Numbered from the stretch's first letter, positions 31,485 to 42,741 are shown. The stretch is 64,000 nt of DNA from Thermodesulfobacteriota bacterium (GCA_965198945.1 CBDAQI010000010.1:1-64000); one strand, 5' to 3'. Translations and numbers: made by a program. The notes: generated by a model from the letters alone, not told the origin.

Positions 31485-33046
31485 AAAAAATCTCATTGGT
31501 CGCGGTTTCCGGAACCGGAATCAAAACGGCCCGTAAAATTGCGGAAAAAATGGCGGCGGAAAAAATTAAGGCCGATATCGTTTCAACAAGAAAAGGAGCC
31601 GGAATCAAAACCGTCAAATCAATCTCAGTTTTTACGGAGGAAAGTTTTGAAAAATATGACGGCTTTATTTTTATCGGTTCGCTGGGAATCTGCGTGCGCT
31701 GCATAGCACCGAACATAAAAAATAAAAAAACGGATCCGGCGGTAATAAACGTTTCCGAAGACGGCCTTTTCACCCAGTCCGTTTTGTCGGGCCATGAGGG
31801 CGGAGCCAACCGGCTTGCGGAAAAAACCGCGGAAATTATCGGTGCGACTCCGGTTATTACCACGGCGTCTGAAACGCGCGGGAAAGCATTGTGCGTCGGG
31901 CTCGGAAGCCAGCGGGGAATAGACTCGGAGGAGTTTGTGAAATCATTTGAAAAAGAATTGAAAAAGTGCGGATTTTCACCCGCCAATGTATGCGGCCTTG
32001 CGTCTGCAAGCATAAAACAGTCTGAGCGGGCGTTTGCCGCGCTTGCGGAAAAACTGAAAGTTCCGATCAGGTTTTACGACGAAAAAACTCTGATAAAAAT
32101 TCCGAAACCCAACCCGTCTGGGGTCGTGAAGAGAAAAACCGGAACGGACGGCGTTTGCGAGCCGGCGGCTCTTTTTCTTGCTGGGGCTAAAAAACTTGTT
32201 GTTGAAAAAACAAAAATAACCCTGCCATCCGGGAAAAAATACACCTTTGCGGTCGCGCTGGGGGAGAAATCAGCCGGAGAGGGGCTTGTGGCAATAGTCG
32301 GAGCCGGGCCCGGAGACCCGCGCCTGATAACGGTTGAGGGACGGGATTTAATAAGAAGGGCGGACCTGATTCTCTATGCGGGAAGTCTTGTTCCGGAAAA
32401 CCTCACTGCGGAGGCCAAACCCGGAGCGGCAATTAAAAATTCCGCAACAATGACACTTGAAGAGCAGATCGGTCTTATGGAGAAATTCTACAAGAAAGGC
32501 GGCTTAATAGTTCGTCTCCATTCGGGAGACCCTTCAATATACGGGGCAACCGGGGAACAGATGGAAATTTTTGAAAAAAAGGAAATGAAATATGTTGTTG
32601 TGCCGGGAGTTTCCTCTTTTCAGGCCGCCGCCGCAAAACTCGGAACCGAACTTACGGCGCCTGATATTTCGCAGTCAATTATTCTCACAAGAGGAGAGGG
32701 GAAAACTCCCATGCCGGAGAGAGAAAACATTTCAAAAATGGCCCGGCACCGATGCACAATGTGCATTTTCCTGAGCGCTAAAACGGCGCGCAGAGTTCAA
32801 AACGGACTGCTTGAGCATTACGGGCCCGAAACCCCGGTGGCCGTTCTACACCGTGTAACATGGAAGGATGAAAAAATCCGGCACGGAAAGCTGAAAGAAC
32901 TCGCGGACATAGTCCGTGAAAACAAATTGACCAGAACGGTTTTAATCATGGTCGGAGACGCATTGAAAAAAGAAGGCGGACGCTCGCGGCTTTATCATCC
33001 CGAATGGAGGCATCTGTTCCGTGCGGAAAAATCAAAACTGAAATGA
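31481..33046 (+). CDS. cbiGF: CbiG-CbiF (precorrin-4 C11-methyltransferase) fusion
   Basis: [21 protein letters not shown] (CbiG); [26 protein letters not shown] (CbiF/CobM). Confidence 0.9.
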   Translation: MKKISLVAVSGTGIKTARKIAEKMAAEKIKADIVSTRKGAGIKTVKSISVFTEESFEKYDGFIFIGSLGICVRCIAPNIKNKKTDPAVINVSEDGLFTQSVLSGHEGGANRLAEKTAEIIGATPVITTASETRGKALCVGLGSQRGIDSEEFVKSFEKELKKCGFSPANVCGLASASIKQSERAFAALAEKLKVPIRFYDEKTLIKIPKPNPSGVVKRKTGTDGVCEPAALFLAGAKKLVVEKTKITLPSGKKYTFAVALGEKSAGEGLVAIVGAGPGDPRLITVEGRDLIRRADLILYAGSLVPENLTAEAKPGAAIKNSATMTLEEQIGLMEKFYKKGGLIVRLHSGDPSIYGATGEQMEIFEKKEMKYVVVPGVSSFQAAAAKLGTELTAPDISQSIILTRGEGKTPMPERENISKMARHRCTMCIFLSAKTARRVQNGLLEHYGPETPVAVLHRVTWKDEKIRHGKLKELADIVRENKLTRTVLIMVGDALKKEGGRSRLYHPEWRHLFRAEKSKLK

Positions 33047-33813
33047 CGGACATACTTGTATTCGGCGGAACAACTGAGGGGAAAAAAGCTGCGGCGGCCC
33101 TGGACTTTGAAAAACTGCCCTATTTTTATTCCACCAAAATAGAAACTGATTTCAAACCGTCTGTTTTCTGCAATTATATTCACGGGGATTTGAATGAAAA
33201 ATCACTTCCCGGATTTATCCGGAAAAAGGGAATAAAACTTATTATTAACGCCGCCCATCCTTTTGCCGGACGTCTGCATCAGACCGTCGCGCTGATTTCT
33301 GAAAAAATGAAAATTCCCGTAATAAGATATGAGAGAAAATATCCGGAAAAAATAAACCACCCTCTTGCCGTTTATTGTGACGATTTTGCCGGCGCAGTGC
33401 GGGAAATTGAAAATCAAACCGGCGGCTGTCTCATATTGAGCGGAGTTCGGACGCTTTCAAAATTAAAACCCCTGTGGGAAAACCGCAGCCTCTGCTACGC
33501 CCGCATACTGCCTCGTGAAACTTCGGTCAATCTCGCCCTGAAACAGGGTTTTCCGAAAAACCGGCTCATAACCGGAATGCCGGGGAGCGACATAAAAAAG
33601 GAAAAAAAGTTTTTTGAAAAACTCAAAATAAAATCAATTGTAACAAAAGAAAGCGGAGAAAGCGGCGGGCAGGAGATTAAAATAAAAGCCGCCATTGAGA
33701 CGGGAGCGAAAATAGCCGTGATAAAACGCCCGGAAAAACCGGTTTTCCCCTTTGCGGTAAAAGGACGGAAACAGATGATTAAAAAAATAAGGGAAATTCA
33801 CAATGTGCCTTGA
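33043..33813 (+). CDS. cbiJ: Precorrin-6x reductase
   Basis: FGGTTEG, NAAHPFA, VTKESG; ATG at 33043 overlaps the upstream stop. Confidence 0.9.
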   Translation: MTDILVFGGTTEGKKAAAALDFEKLPYFYSTKIETDFKPSVFCNYIHGDLNEKSLPGFIRKKGIKLIINAAHPFAGRLHQTVALISEKMKIPVIRYERKYPEKINHPLAVYCDDFAGAVREIENQTGGCLILSGVRTLSKLKPLWENRSLCYARILPRETSVNLALKQGFPKNRLITGMPGSDIKKEKKFFEKLKIKSIVTKESGESGGQEIKIKAAIETGAKIAVIKRPEKPVFPFAVKGRKQMIKKIREIHNVP

Positions 33814-34909
33814 GGAACCGCCCGCAAAGACAAAAACAATGAAAACCGGACACACTACGGGCGCCTGCGCGGCGGCCTGTTCAAAGGCGGCGGTTTTAAG
33901 CATTCTGGAAAGAAAAAAAATAACAAAAGTGGAAATTGAACTCCCGGGCGGGAAAACCGCCGCCTTCCGAATAAAAAATTCAGAATATAGCAAGAACAGC
34001 GCCTCAGCCACAACGGTTAAAGATTCCGGCGATGATCCCGATGTTACGCACGGGGCCGTAATAGGCAGCAGAGTTATGCTAAACAATACGGGGAAAATAA
34101 CATTTTTGCGCGGTAAAGGAGTGGGCAAGATAACGCTTCCGGGGTTGGGATTGGAAATCGGTGAGCCCGCTATAAACAGAGTTCCGAGAAAAATGATAAG
34201 CCGTGAAGTCTCGGATTTGCTGAAAAAAAGCGGTCGGAAAAACGCGGGGGCGAAAATAACCGTTTTTGTGCCTGAAGGGGAAAAACTTGCAAAAAAAACC
34301 CTCAATTCAAGACTCGGTATCAGGGGCGGAATATCAATTATCGGCACAACCGGAATTGTGAGACCTTTCTCAAGCGCCTCATATGTGGCGAGCATTTTCC
34401 AGGCGGTTCAAATCGCGGCCGAAAACCGGGCCCCTCATCTGATTGCCTCATCGGGAGGAAGAAGTGAAAAATTTATCAAAAAACAGTTTCCCGACCTGCC
34501 GGACTACGCTTTTATACAATACGGGAACTGGGTGGGCAGGCTGCTTGACGCTACCAAAAAGAATAAAATACAAGACCTGACCCTTGTCATAATGATTGGA
34601 AAAGCTGTTAAACTTGCTTCCGGAGAAATGGATACACACAGTGGAAAAACCTTTTGGAACAGGGAGTTTATAGCGGAAACGGCGAAAAAAGCCCGCGCCG
34701 GGAAAAAGACGGTGGAAGAAATAAAAAATCTGAACGCCGCCGTGCGTCTTACGGAAATTTTTCCTCTGCGTCCCGAAGAGCCATTCTACCGCGAACTGCT
34801 CAAACAGTGCCAGAAACACTGCTCCAAACGCCTCGGCGGGTTTCTCACACTGGCGCTTGTCGGAACTGACGGAGAAATAGTGTGGTATCCTCAAAAGCCG
34901 AATGTCTGA
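33803..34909 (+). CDS. cbiD: Cobalt-precorrin-5B C1-methyltransferase
   Basis: GHTTGACAAA, KDSGDDPDVTHG, GISIIGTTGIVRPFS. Confidence 0.95.
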   Translation: MCLEEPPAKTKTMKTGHTTGACAAACSKAAVLSILERKKITKVEIELPGGKTAAFRIKNSEYSKNSASATTVKDSGDDPDVTHGAVIGSRVMLNNTGKITFLRGKGVGKITLPGLGLEIGEPAINRVPRKMISREVSDLLKKSGRKNAGAKITVFVPEGEKLAKKTLNSRLGIRGGISIIGTTGIVRPFSSASYVASIFQAVQIAAENRAPHLIASSGGRSEKFIKKQFPDLPDYAFIQYGNWVGRLLDATKKNKIQDLTLVIMIGKAVKLASGEMDTHSGKTFWNREFIAETAKKARAGKKTVEEIKNLNAAVRLTEIFPLRPEEPFYRELLKQCQKHCSKRLGGFLTLALVGTDGEIVWYPQKPNV

Positions 34910-36617
34910 AAAAGAGTCAAATACTTTCCCTTTCGCGGCGATATGCGGACAGGATGACCTGAAACTCGCTCTTATTCTCTGCGCGATTGACCCGCAAATA
35001 GGAGGCGTTCTCGCCCTGGGTGAGAAAGGAACGGGCAAAACAACGGCTGTTCGCGCAATCGGAGAGATGCTTTCGCACGGAGATTTGCGTTTTCCCGTGG
35101 TAAACCTTCCCATTGGCGCCACAGAAGACAGGGTTCTCGGAGCCGTTGATCTGGAAAAACTTATCAATGAAAAACGGGAGTCGGTTCGTCCGGGCCTTCT
35201 GGAGCAGGCGCATGGAGGAATTCTCTACATAGACGAGGTGAACCTTCTTGACGATTACCTGACGGACATACTTCTTGACGCGGCGTCCGCGGGTGAATAT
35301 ATGCTTGAGAGAGACGGAATATCACGAAAAATCAAATCACGCTTCCGGCTTGTCGGAACAATGAACAGAGAAGAAGGTGAACTGAGACCCCAGCTTCTGG
35401 ACAGGTTCGGTCTTTGTGTTGAAGTGAAATCGCCTTCCGGGGCCGAAACAAGACAGACGGTGGCGAGGCGGAGAATGGAATTTGATTCCAGCCCCGGAAC
35501 TTTACGCGCCGCTTTTGAAAAAGAACAGAAAAAACTGCGGCGGAAAATCACGGATGCGACGGAAAATCTTAACAGGGTGGCGATTCCGGATGAAATTTTT
35601 GAAAAATCATGCGCTATTGCGGTTGAGAGCGGGGCTGAGGGAATGAGAGCGGATATTTTGATTGTTAAATCGGCGCGAGCCCTTGCGGCTTTTGAAGGCC
35701 GGAATAAAGTCAGCACGGACGACGCTGATAGAACGGCGCCGTTTGTTTTAAGACACCGCAGATCTGACGCCGCGGACGGGAAAAAAAACTCCGGAAATTC
35801 CGGGACTGAAAACCATACTCTGACAAGCGGCGGAACGGGAAACCATAAGGGGGAAAATCCGGTTTCAAATCAGCAAAATGAAAAGGTTTTTCCTCCCGAG
35901 GGAAGTTTTTCCGCAATGAAACCGGCATTGCGGACTCCCGTCTCAAGGCGCGGAAGTTTTTATCCGGAAAAAATAACGGACTCTGCGGGAAAAGGAAAAA
36001 GGAAAACGGAAAAAATCAACATTTATGAGTCCGTGCGCGCCTACTTAAAAAAAGGTAATTTCTCTCCCAAACCAAAAACGAACGGGGGGCGCGGAAAAGT
36101 GTCTCTTATTTTCATTATTGATTCCAGCGGTTCAATGGCTTCCGGAAAACAAATTTCATATGCAAAAAAAATCATCGGGAAAACGGCCATGGAAAACAAG
36201 GGGAAAATCACCGAATTTGCCGCGATAGCGATTTGCGGAAACGGGGCGCGGATTTTTTACCCTCCGGGAAACGACCCTGAAAAACTGACGACACGGCTCG
36301 CCGGAATTAAAACCGGAGGGAAAACAAACATGGGCGCGGCCGTTGTGCTTGCCAGCAAAATACTGCGAAAAACACGTCGCGCAAAATCGTCCTCATCGGC
36401 CATATTCATATTTACGGACGGGAGAATAAATTTCTGCGAAAGCGGAGAAGACCCTTTTCAAGACACCGTGAAAAAATTCAAAATGGCTATCGGCAAGACT
36501 GTAAAAACAACCGTGGTTGACACTGAAACGGGTTTTGTAAAAATAGACGCGGCGGTGAAATTTTCCGAAGCCATCGGGGCGGATTACGCGCGCGCCGGTG
36601 ACATAAGGAGAGGGTAA
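34902..36617 (+). CDS. Chelatase AAA+ subunit fused to vWA domain (BchI/BchD-like, probably a cobaltochelatase partner)
   Basis: GEKGTGKT, ATEDRVLG, LYIDEVNLL, RPQLLDRFG, DSSGSM (MIDAS), TDGR. Confidence 0.88.
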   Translation: MSEKESNTFPFAAICGQDDLKLALILCAIDPQIGGVLALGEKGTGKTTAVRAIGEMLSHGDLRFPVVNLPIGATEDRVLGAVDLEKLINEKRESVRPGLLEQAHGGILYIDEVNLLDDYLTDILLDAASAGEYMLERDGISRKIKSRFRLVGTMNREEGELRPQLLDRFGLCVEVKSPSGAETRQTVARRRMEFDSSPGTLRAAFEKEQKKLRRKITDATENLNRVAIPDEIFEKSCAIAVESGAEGMRADILIVKSARALAAFEGRNKVSTDDADRTAPFVLRHRRSDAADGKKNSGNSGTENHTLTSGGTGNHKGENPVSNQQNEKVFPPEGSFSAMKPALRTPVSRRGSFYPEKITDSAGKGKRKTEKINIYESVRAYLKKGNFSPKPKTNGGRGKVSLIFIIDSSGSMASGKQISYAKKIIGKTAMENKGKITEFAAIAICGNGARIFYPPGNDPEKLTTRLAGIKTGGKTNMGAAVVLASKILRKTRRAKSSSSAIFIFTDGRINFCESGEDPFQDTVKKFKMAIGKTVKTTVVDTETGFVKIDAAVKFSEAIGADYARAGDIRRG

Positions 36618-37190
36618 ATGAAAATTTATACAAAAAAGGGAGATGCCGGAAAAACCGCGCTTTTCGGGGGCAGGCGTGTTGATAAGGATGATGTTCGCGT
36701 GGAATGCTACGGCACACTTGACGAAGTAAATTCAACCATAGGTCTTTTGCGCTCAAAACTCACGGAGAAACACGGGTGGCAAAACGGTTTGCATAAAATA
36801 CAAAAAGATATGATGGATATGATGTCGCATCTGGCACGCCCCTCCGATTCCCATAAAAAAAACACAAATCCCGTTCCGGTTGACGGGGCGGAATTTTGCG
36901 AAAAATGGATTGACGAACTTGAGAAAAATATGTCATCTCCTTCGGACTATTTTCTGCTTCCGGGAGGAAATGAAATATCAGCTCTCTGCCACTTAGTAAG
37001 AACACAGATAAGAAGGGGCGAGCGCAGGCTCGTCTCTCTTATGAAAAAAGACGAAATAAATCCCGTTATTCCCGCTTATATAAACCGCCTTTCAGACCTT
37101 TTTTTCACACTCGCAAGAGCCGAAATGGATTCGGCCGGAGTAGCGGAGGAAAAATGGCGTTTGTTTCTTTATAAAAAGAAAAAAAGATAA
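36618..37190 (+). CDS. PduO-type cob(I)alamin adenosyltransferase
   Basis: IYTKKGDAG, YGTLDEVNS, RRGERR, YINRLSDLFF. Confidence 0.93.
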   Translation: MKIYTKKGDAGKTALFGGRRVDKDDVRVECYGTLDEVNSTIGLLRSKLTEKHGWQNGLHKIQKDMMDMMSHLARPSDSHKKNTNPVPVDGAEFCEKWIDELEKNMSSPSDYFLLPGGNEISALCHLVRTQIRRGERRLVSLMKKDEINPVIPAYINRLSDLFFTLARAEMDSAGVAEEKWRLFLYKKKKR

Positions 37191-37269
37191 AGACAAAAAA
37201 TTGCTTAATCACACCGATTTCTAAAACTTTTTGCAGAACACTGACAATTTTCCTAAAATAGGAGTCGGA

Positions 37270-37491
37270 ATGCATGAACTATCAATTGACATAATTGCGT
37301 TTTTCATTTTTGCTTTCGCAACGGTTTTCAGCGCGGGAATGCTAGTTGCCGAAGTGCGGGGTCTGCGCAGAGATATGGACGACTCGGCGCGCCGGATGGA
37401 AGACTGGAAAAGAACGGTCTGGGACAATGAAACCAAATACCGCACCCGCATGTGTGAGCGCATCAAGAAAGTGAAAAAATCCGTTGACTAA
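37270..37491 (+). CDS. Small hypothetical membrane protein
   Basis: GGAG RBS before ATG at 37270; one TM helix followed by a charged helical tail. Confidence 0.45.
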   Translation: MHELSIDIIAFFIFAFATVFSAGMLVAEVRGLRRDMDDSARRMEDWKRTVWDNETKYRTRMCERIKKVKKSVD

Positions 37492-37755
37492 TGGTCTCAC
37501 TCCGCACTTGAGGCGGGACGCACAGAGAAACGGCGGACGCATGAATCTGAAAAATAACATCTGAAATATAATTGAGTCTCAATTCTCAAGCCGCGGCCGA
37601 GGGGCGGATTGATGAATTTTCTGGAGTGATGGAAAACGGTTCTTAAAAAACAAAAGGAGGTTAAGCAAGGGACCGGGCAGTTTTTGAAACACTGTAAAAT
37701 TGCAAACGGAGCTCCCTTTGAGAGAAAAATTGGAGAATATGACAGAACAACCCTG

Positions 37756-38643
37756 TCAGAGCTTTGTTTTAATCTCATTCATGCGCAAAACAGTATTTTT
37801 CCTCAAATGGTCAATGGCCATCTTTTCAATTTGCCTCACCCTTTCTCTGCTCAAGCCGGTTATATCAGCGATTTCCCTCAAGGTAAGGGGCTCTTCGGCG
37901 CCGCCAATTCCATATCCTAAACGAACGACAGTCGCCTCTCTGCTGGCAAGACCATTGATGATTTTCCTCACCATCTCCGATTCTCTTCGCCGTGAGTATT
38001 TTTCAAATCCGCTGGCGGCTGCGTTGTCTTCAATTTGTTCAACAATGCTGACAAACTCTCCGGTTTCCTGTGAAAAGAATTCAGAAACGGAACTGTAACT
38101 TGACAGAGCGGCGGCAAGCATATCCTGAGAGACTTTTCCCGCAAGGTCCGGAGACTTGTGTCTGAAAGATTCTCTGACAGCCCGTGCGGCGTGTTCAGGT
38201 ATTTTTACAACACGATGTTTTTCACAGTCCTGAATTCTGTGCTGAACAGAGTATAAAATCCACCAAGCCGCAATCGTTGAAAACTTGCTTTTTCTTTCCG
38301 GGTCATATTTTTGAATTGCCTTCATAAGACCGAAAATTCCCTCTTGCAGAGAGTCTTCAAAAGAAAGCCTTTCGCTTGCATGGCTCTGACACACCCTGAC
38401 CATCAGGGGTGTGTTTCTGAGAATAAAAGCGTGCCGGGCCCTGCTTTCTTTTTTCTTGATAATTGCTTTTAGAATATGATTTTTAGTTTTGCGTGCCGCA
38501 TTGGAAAGCGCGCGGATTTTTATCAGAGCCCGCCTTTCCTCAGCATTGTTGAGAAACCCCTGATGCTTTTCCGGAAAAAATTTTTTTATGGCCGCCCCCT
38601 CACCGGAGGCCAGAGAACGCTGTGAAAACATATTGATTTTCAT
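37756..38643 (-). CDS. Divergent RpoD/RpoH-like sigma-70 factor
   Basis: EDSLQEGIFGLMKAIQKYDP (2.2), FSTIAAWWI (2.3), TLREIADITGLSRERVRQIE (4.2). Confidence 0.88.
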   Translation of the reverse strand: MKINMFSQRSLASGEGAAIKKFFPEKHQGFLNNAEERRALIKIRALSNAARKTKNHILKAIIKKKESRARHAFILRNTPLMVRVCQSHASERLSFEDSLQEGIFGLMKAIQKYDPERKSKFSTIAAWWILYSVQHRIQDCEKHRVVKIPEHAARAVRESFRHKSPDLAGKVSQDMLAAALSSYSSVSEFFSQETGEFVSIVEQIEDNAAASGFEKYSRRRESEMVRKIINGLASREATVVRLGYGIGGAEEPLTLREIADITGLSRERVRQIEKMAIDHLRKNTVLRMNEIKTKL

Positions 38644-39209
38644 TGCATATACCGTCCTTATTTTTGAATTTAGATTTCACCAAGCGCGCGCCAATGGAGA
38701 CACAGCGCAAAATTGAACCCGCAACCCGCACCACCCCGTAGTACGGCTGCCTTGGTATCTCACCCCGGTTTTACATCAATTAAGTGTCGTCGCCCGAGTG
38801 AGCGTAAATACATCAGTAAGGTTGGCATTCAAAATTCAGGATTGTGTTTGTGTCAGTTATTCCTCTCAGTCTGCACTCTAAAGCCATGTTTTTACCTCCT
38901 TGTATAAACTGATAAAACATTGTAGGAAAAAACGTTCTTTCTTGACAACTTCTGTGAGGAAGAAAAATGAAAAAACCAGTGCAATGAGTCACTTACGGAG
39001 CTATTCTCTTCACAAAATGCAAGGATGAGAGGAGGTCAAAAACGAGTCTTTTATGACTGAAAATGTTGCCAACCGGCAGGATGATTTGGGCAATCCAATT
39101 ACAATTTGACCGGATTCCAGCCCCCCTTCCCCATCCCAATTTTCATGTGATGGGTGTGATTAGTATAGAGACGGAAACAAAAATCTCACCTTCGTAATTA
39201 CCACACCCC

Positions 39210-39950
39210 TCAGCCATTCCAACGAAAGCATGTCTCCAGTGAAAACCAGGGCGGAGATGGGGTGGAAATCTTCCCCTCCCGTCACTCCCGCAAAAGCATG
39301 TCCCCGTGGAAACGGGGGAGGGAATCCAGTATTTATTAAACACATTGTAGAAAGTCAGTTGTAACACCAAAGTGGAGCGTTTTGTTCTGTCTGTTCTCCG
39401 GGGCGCAGACACAAAGTTGTTTTTGAATAAAGAGTTGCTTTGTTGTCGTTTTCTCTCCACCGGCAGACAACATTGCCTTTGTTGAGTGTCATTTGCTGCA
39501 TTGCCCACGATTCCCACCCGTTTTCACAGGGACAATCTTTCAGGGGAATGAAAGAGAAAATACGGAACTAAACAGAATCGTCTTTTCTCGCTCTCGTCAT
39601 TCCCGTGGAAACGGGAATCCAGTATTAGAAATGACAGAGCATCATTGTTTTCATTATTAGCTATTCTGTGTGAGACACATAATCCGGCATTGAATTAAAT
39701 GTTTTTGCAATCGCCAAAAGTGTATGCAGATAAAAAACTTAGAATCCGCTTTTGTGTTGTCCGTATTTCCATTTGCGCTTAGGCGAAGATGCTATTTCTC
39801 CCTTCAAGTCATTCTGCCTCTGACACGGAATCCGAGGGTTTATGGCAGGACTTGTCGGAATACTGGATTCCCGTTTCCACGGGAATGACGGGAGAAAGGG
39901 GAATGACGGGGAAAGAATTGGGAATGACAGAGAAAATGCAGAAATGAAGA
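39210..39950. repeat. Cluster of ATTCCC-N8-GGGAAT palindromes and spacers
   Basis: One-unit nested copy at 39280-39330; degenerate copies at ~39212 and ~39508; inverted perfect pair at ~39596 and ~39864. Confidence 0.85.
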
Positions 39951-39962
39951 GAAAAGCATCCC

Positions 39963-42285
39963 CTACATCACAAACCTCATTGTAAACAAAACACCCTTTT
40001 CATCAGCGGGATTCAACTCATAGTTCCTGTTCTGAACCGTTATGTCTCCCTTCAACCCCGTGCTGTAGTTAAACTCCACACCGACATCAAAATTCTTCTT
40101 CCGCCTCATAAATGACACTCGCGCCGTCTGCGCATGTCCCCTCGCTGATTTAATCAGTGAATACACGGGATCAACCTCTCCATATGCCGCAGCAGCTCCC
40201 ACTCCTATCCCATATGTGTCGCCCAACCCGAAATACCTGTCAAATGACGCTATCACCTTGTTCGTGTCTCCGAATCTATAGGAACCGCTGCCAACACTGC
40301 CGAAAAAAGAATCCGTCTCTCTTTCAAATGCAACGGAAAATCCGCTCGTGTGCGATATGCCCGCTCTGCCCACTCCGTATTGCCCGTTCATGAAGAAGAA
40401 AGCTCCTTTGAAAAGATGAGCGGCGCTTCCTCCGTCCACAACGGGGACTGACAGATAACCCGAATCGCGGAAGTCAATCATGCTTTTTATACTGTTCCAG
40501 GAGACAGACGGTTCTATGCGCAGGGAAGAAGATGAAGCGGAAAGGGGAACTGAAATTTCATAGTCTCTTGCAAACTCGTTGTTTTCATAGCCCTTTACGA
40601 CAACGGGTTCGGATACAGATGCTCCGGATACGGCTATGTCGCCCCGGGCAACGGGAAGCAATTCAGCTGGGTCAACAAGATCTCCCGTGGGGAGCCAGAT
40701 GGCTGAGACGGAGAATTGACCGCAACCATTAACAGCCGGGTTTCCAAGGTCTATGGCTGTCTCACAGGCAAGTTTTACAAGTTGCCTGTTTGTAAGGTGA
40801 GGCCACACATAGCGGATGTTTACAAGGGTGCCAAATACAAGAGGGGTGGAATAACTTGTGCCGGGAACTTTAAAGTAGGAAACTGTAGTATCAGTGATTT
40901 CCGTTACAACAGTAACCTCATAAGGCGCCAGAACGCAGAAATCTCTTGCATCACCGCAACGGTTTGAATTGCCATGTGCTTCCGGAGTGACTCCTGAGCC
41001 TGTATCTACTACAATGCCATTGCGCAGCTCTATCTTCCGGTAACGCAATGAACCGTCGGTATTTTTCAGAGGCAAGCCTCTGCTGTCTGTAAGAAGGTAG
41101 TTCTGACTGTAGAAAGAATCCTCAAGACCGGCAACCAAAAGAAGTGACCCTGTCATCTCATGAATCTCTCTCAAAGCTTCGGCCCGATGTGCCGGCTGAT
41201 CCGGTGTTGTTTCAAGTCGTAAAATAGGGTGATGATCAAGAGCTACGAAGTCCCGTCTGGTGGAGTCGGGACCAAAATTGCCGGTGCCAACAACAAATAA
41301 AGCTTCGGAATCTCTCACGGCTTCAGGAGCAATCAGATTCACAACCTCACTAGGGTTATCCTGACCGGAAGATCTGAAAAGGTGTGCCCCGGAAATATTG
41401 ACTATTCTTGAAAAAGCTCCCGGCCTTTTGCAAAACAGCCTGCTATCAGAGGGGCTGCAATCATCAGCCAGCTCGTTTACAAAACTCACACTTCGGCCAC
41501 TGGAAGCTCTGTTGTCATAAAATTGAAGGAAATCCGGAAGTGTGGCTATTTCGGCTACTTTGCGCACCCTTGTAGCATGTTGGTCATCTTGTCCGGGGAC
41601 GGCCGGATTATAGTCACTGTCAACTATTATACCGAAAGGTGTAATGGTTTCCCGGGCATCTTTTCTTTGTTGAACTTTTGCCGAGACCTTATCATATAAG
41701 GGAAGCAGCCCGGGAATTCTCCTGCGTTGACAATCAGAACTCCAGAAACGGGAAGGATGGCAGGCAATTTCCCTGCCGGGAACGGCAGGTCCCAAATCAT
41801 AAAACGAAGGAGTACGCTGTAGAGGCACAGACTCCGGTGCCCTCACAGGCTCCGGCAATGGCACGAAGCTCTCAGAAGGGCTTCATCCGAAACTACGGAG
41901 ACCGGGAGTTCCCCGCTCCACCGGCCTTCCCAATATAGGTAAAGACTCCGGTGCCCTCACAGACTCCGGCAATGGCACGAAGCTCTCAGAAGGGCCAACC
42001 GAAACTACGGGACCGGGAGTTCCCCGCTCCACCGGCCTTCCCAATATGGGTAAAGACTCCGGCGCCTTCACAGGTTCGGGCAATGGCACAAAACTCTCAG
42101 GGGGTAAGGGAGGAAGAGGCGCAGGGTTCGGTTGTGAAACAATTTGTCTTACACGCTGCGAAAAACCGGCGGAAGTCTGTGTGGAATCCGGCGCCCGTAT
42201 CGCCGTGCCCCCGCCTCCGCCCGCACATCCTGATAACAGGAAAACCGTGAGCGGCAAAAAAAAATTTGTATCCGCTTATCTTCAC
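39963..42285 (-). pseudogene. Lipoprotein S8 subtilase with autotransporter-like C-terminus, interrupted in this assembly
   Basis: Lipobox LSGC+GGGGG, Pro-rich repeats, IIVDS (Asp), HATRV (His), GTGN (oxyanion), GTSYSTP (Ser), alternating beta-strand C-terminus; in-frame TGA at 41883-41885 and frameshift at the A9 run 42256-42264. Confidence 0.8.
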
Positions 42286-42419
42286 TGAACTGCAAGACTC
42301 CGCACCCCAAATTATAACAAACCAGAGAGTTTTGCAATTTTTTTGTGCTTATGCTGAATCAGCGATTTCCAGTATTATATTAAAACGCATTGCAGAGGAT
42401 AGATTTTAATACAAATGCA

Positions 42420-42582
42420 AGGTGTTTTATTCCGCTTGTCCGCCGGACAACTTTTTAATAATACGTTGCCTTTTCTCCGCTGGCAGACAGCATTGTTTTT
42501 ATTAAGTCATGAATTGCCTTGCTCCGGATTCCCTTCCCCCATCCCAGTTTTCATGAGGACAAGCTTGCACGGCCGATGACGG
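42420..42582. repeat. Degenerate palindromic element with a spacer related to 39380-39550
   Basis: Shared ggcagaca(a/g)cattg..ttt..tt.agt block followed by gattccc and nested units. Confidence 0.65.
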
Positions 42583-42741
42583 GAAAAGGGAAGAGCGGAG
42601 AAAAAGCCGGAACTGGGTTGAAAAACGGAAATCACAGGTGGTTGTCAATCAGTTTTTTTTTATATTGCCGGTAGTGAAATTATGGTGTTTGGTTGAAGAT
42701 TGCGGCAAATATTCCAATAATGAAACAAAAAAATTATTTTT

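Noticed and set aside
41883..41885. Selenocysteine or programmed readthrough at the in-frame TGA
   Set aside because: The stop comes from indels relative to the sister repeat in a Pro-rich linker, not at a catalytic Cys position.
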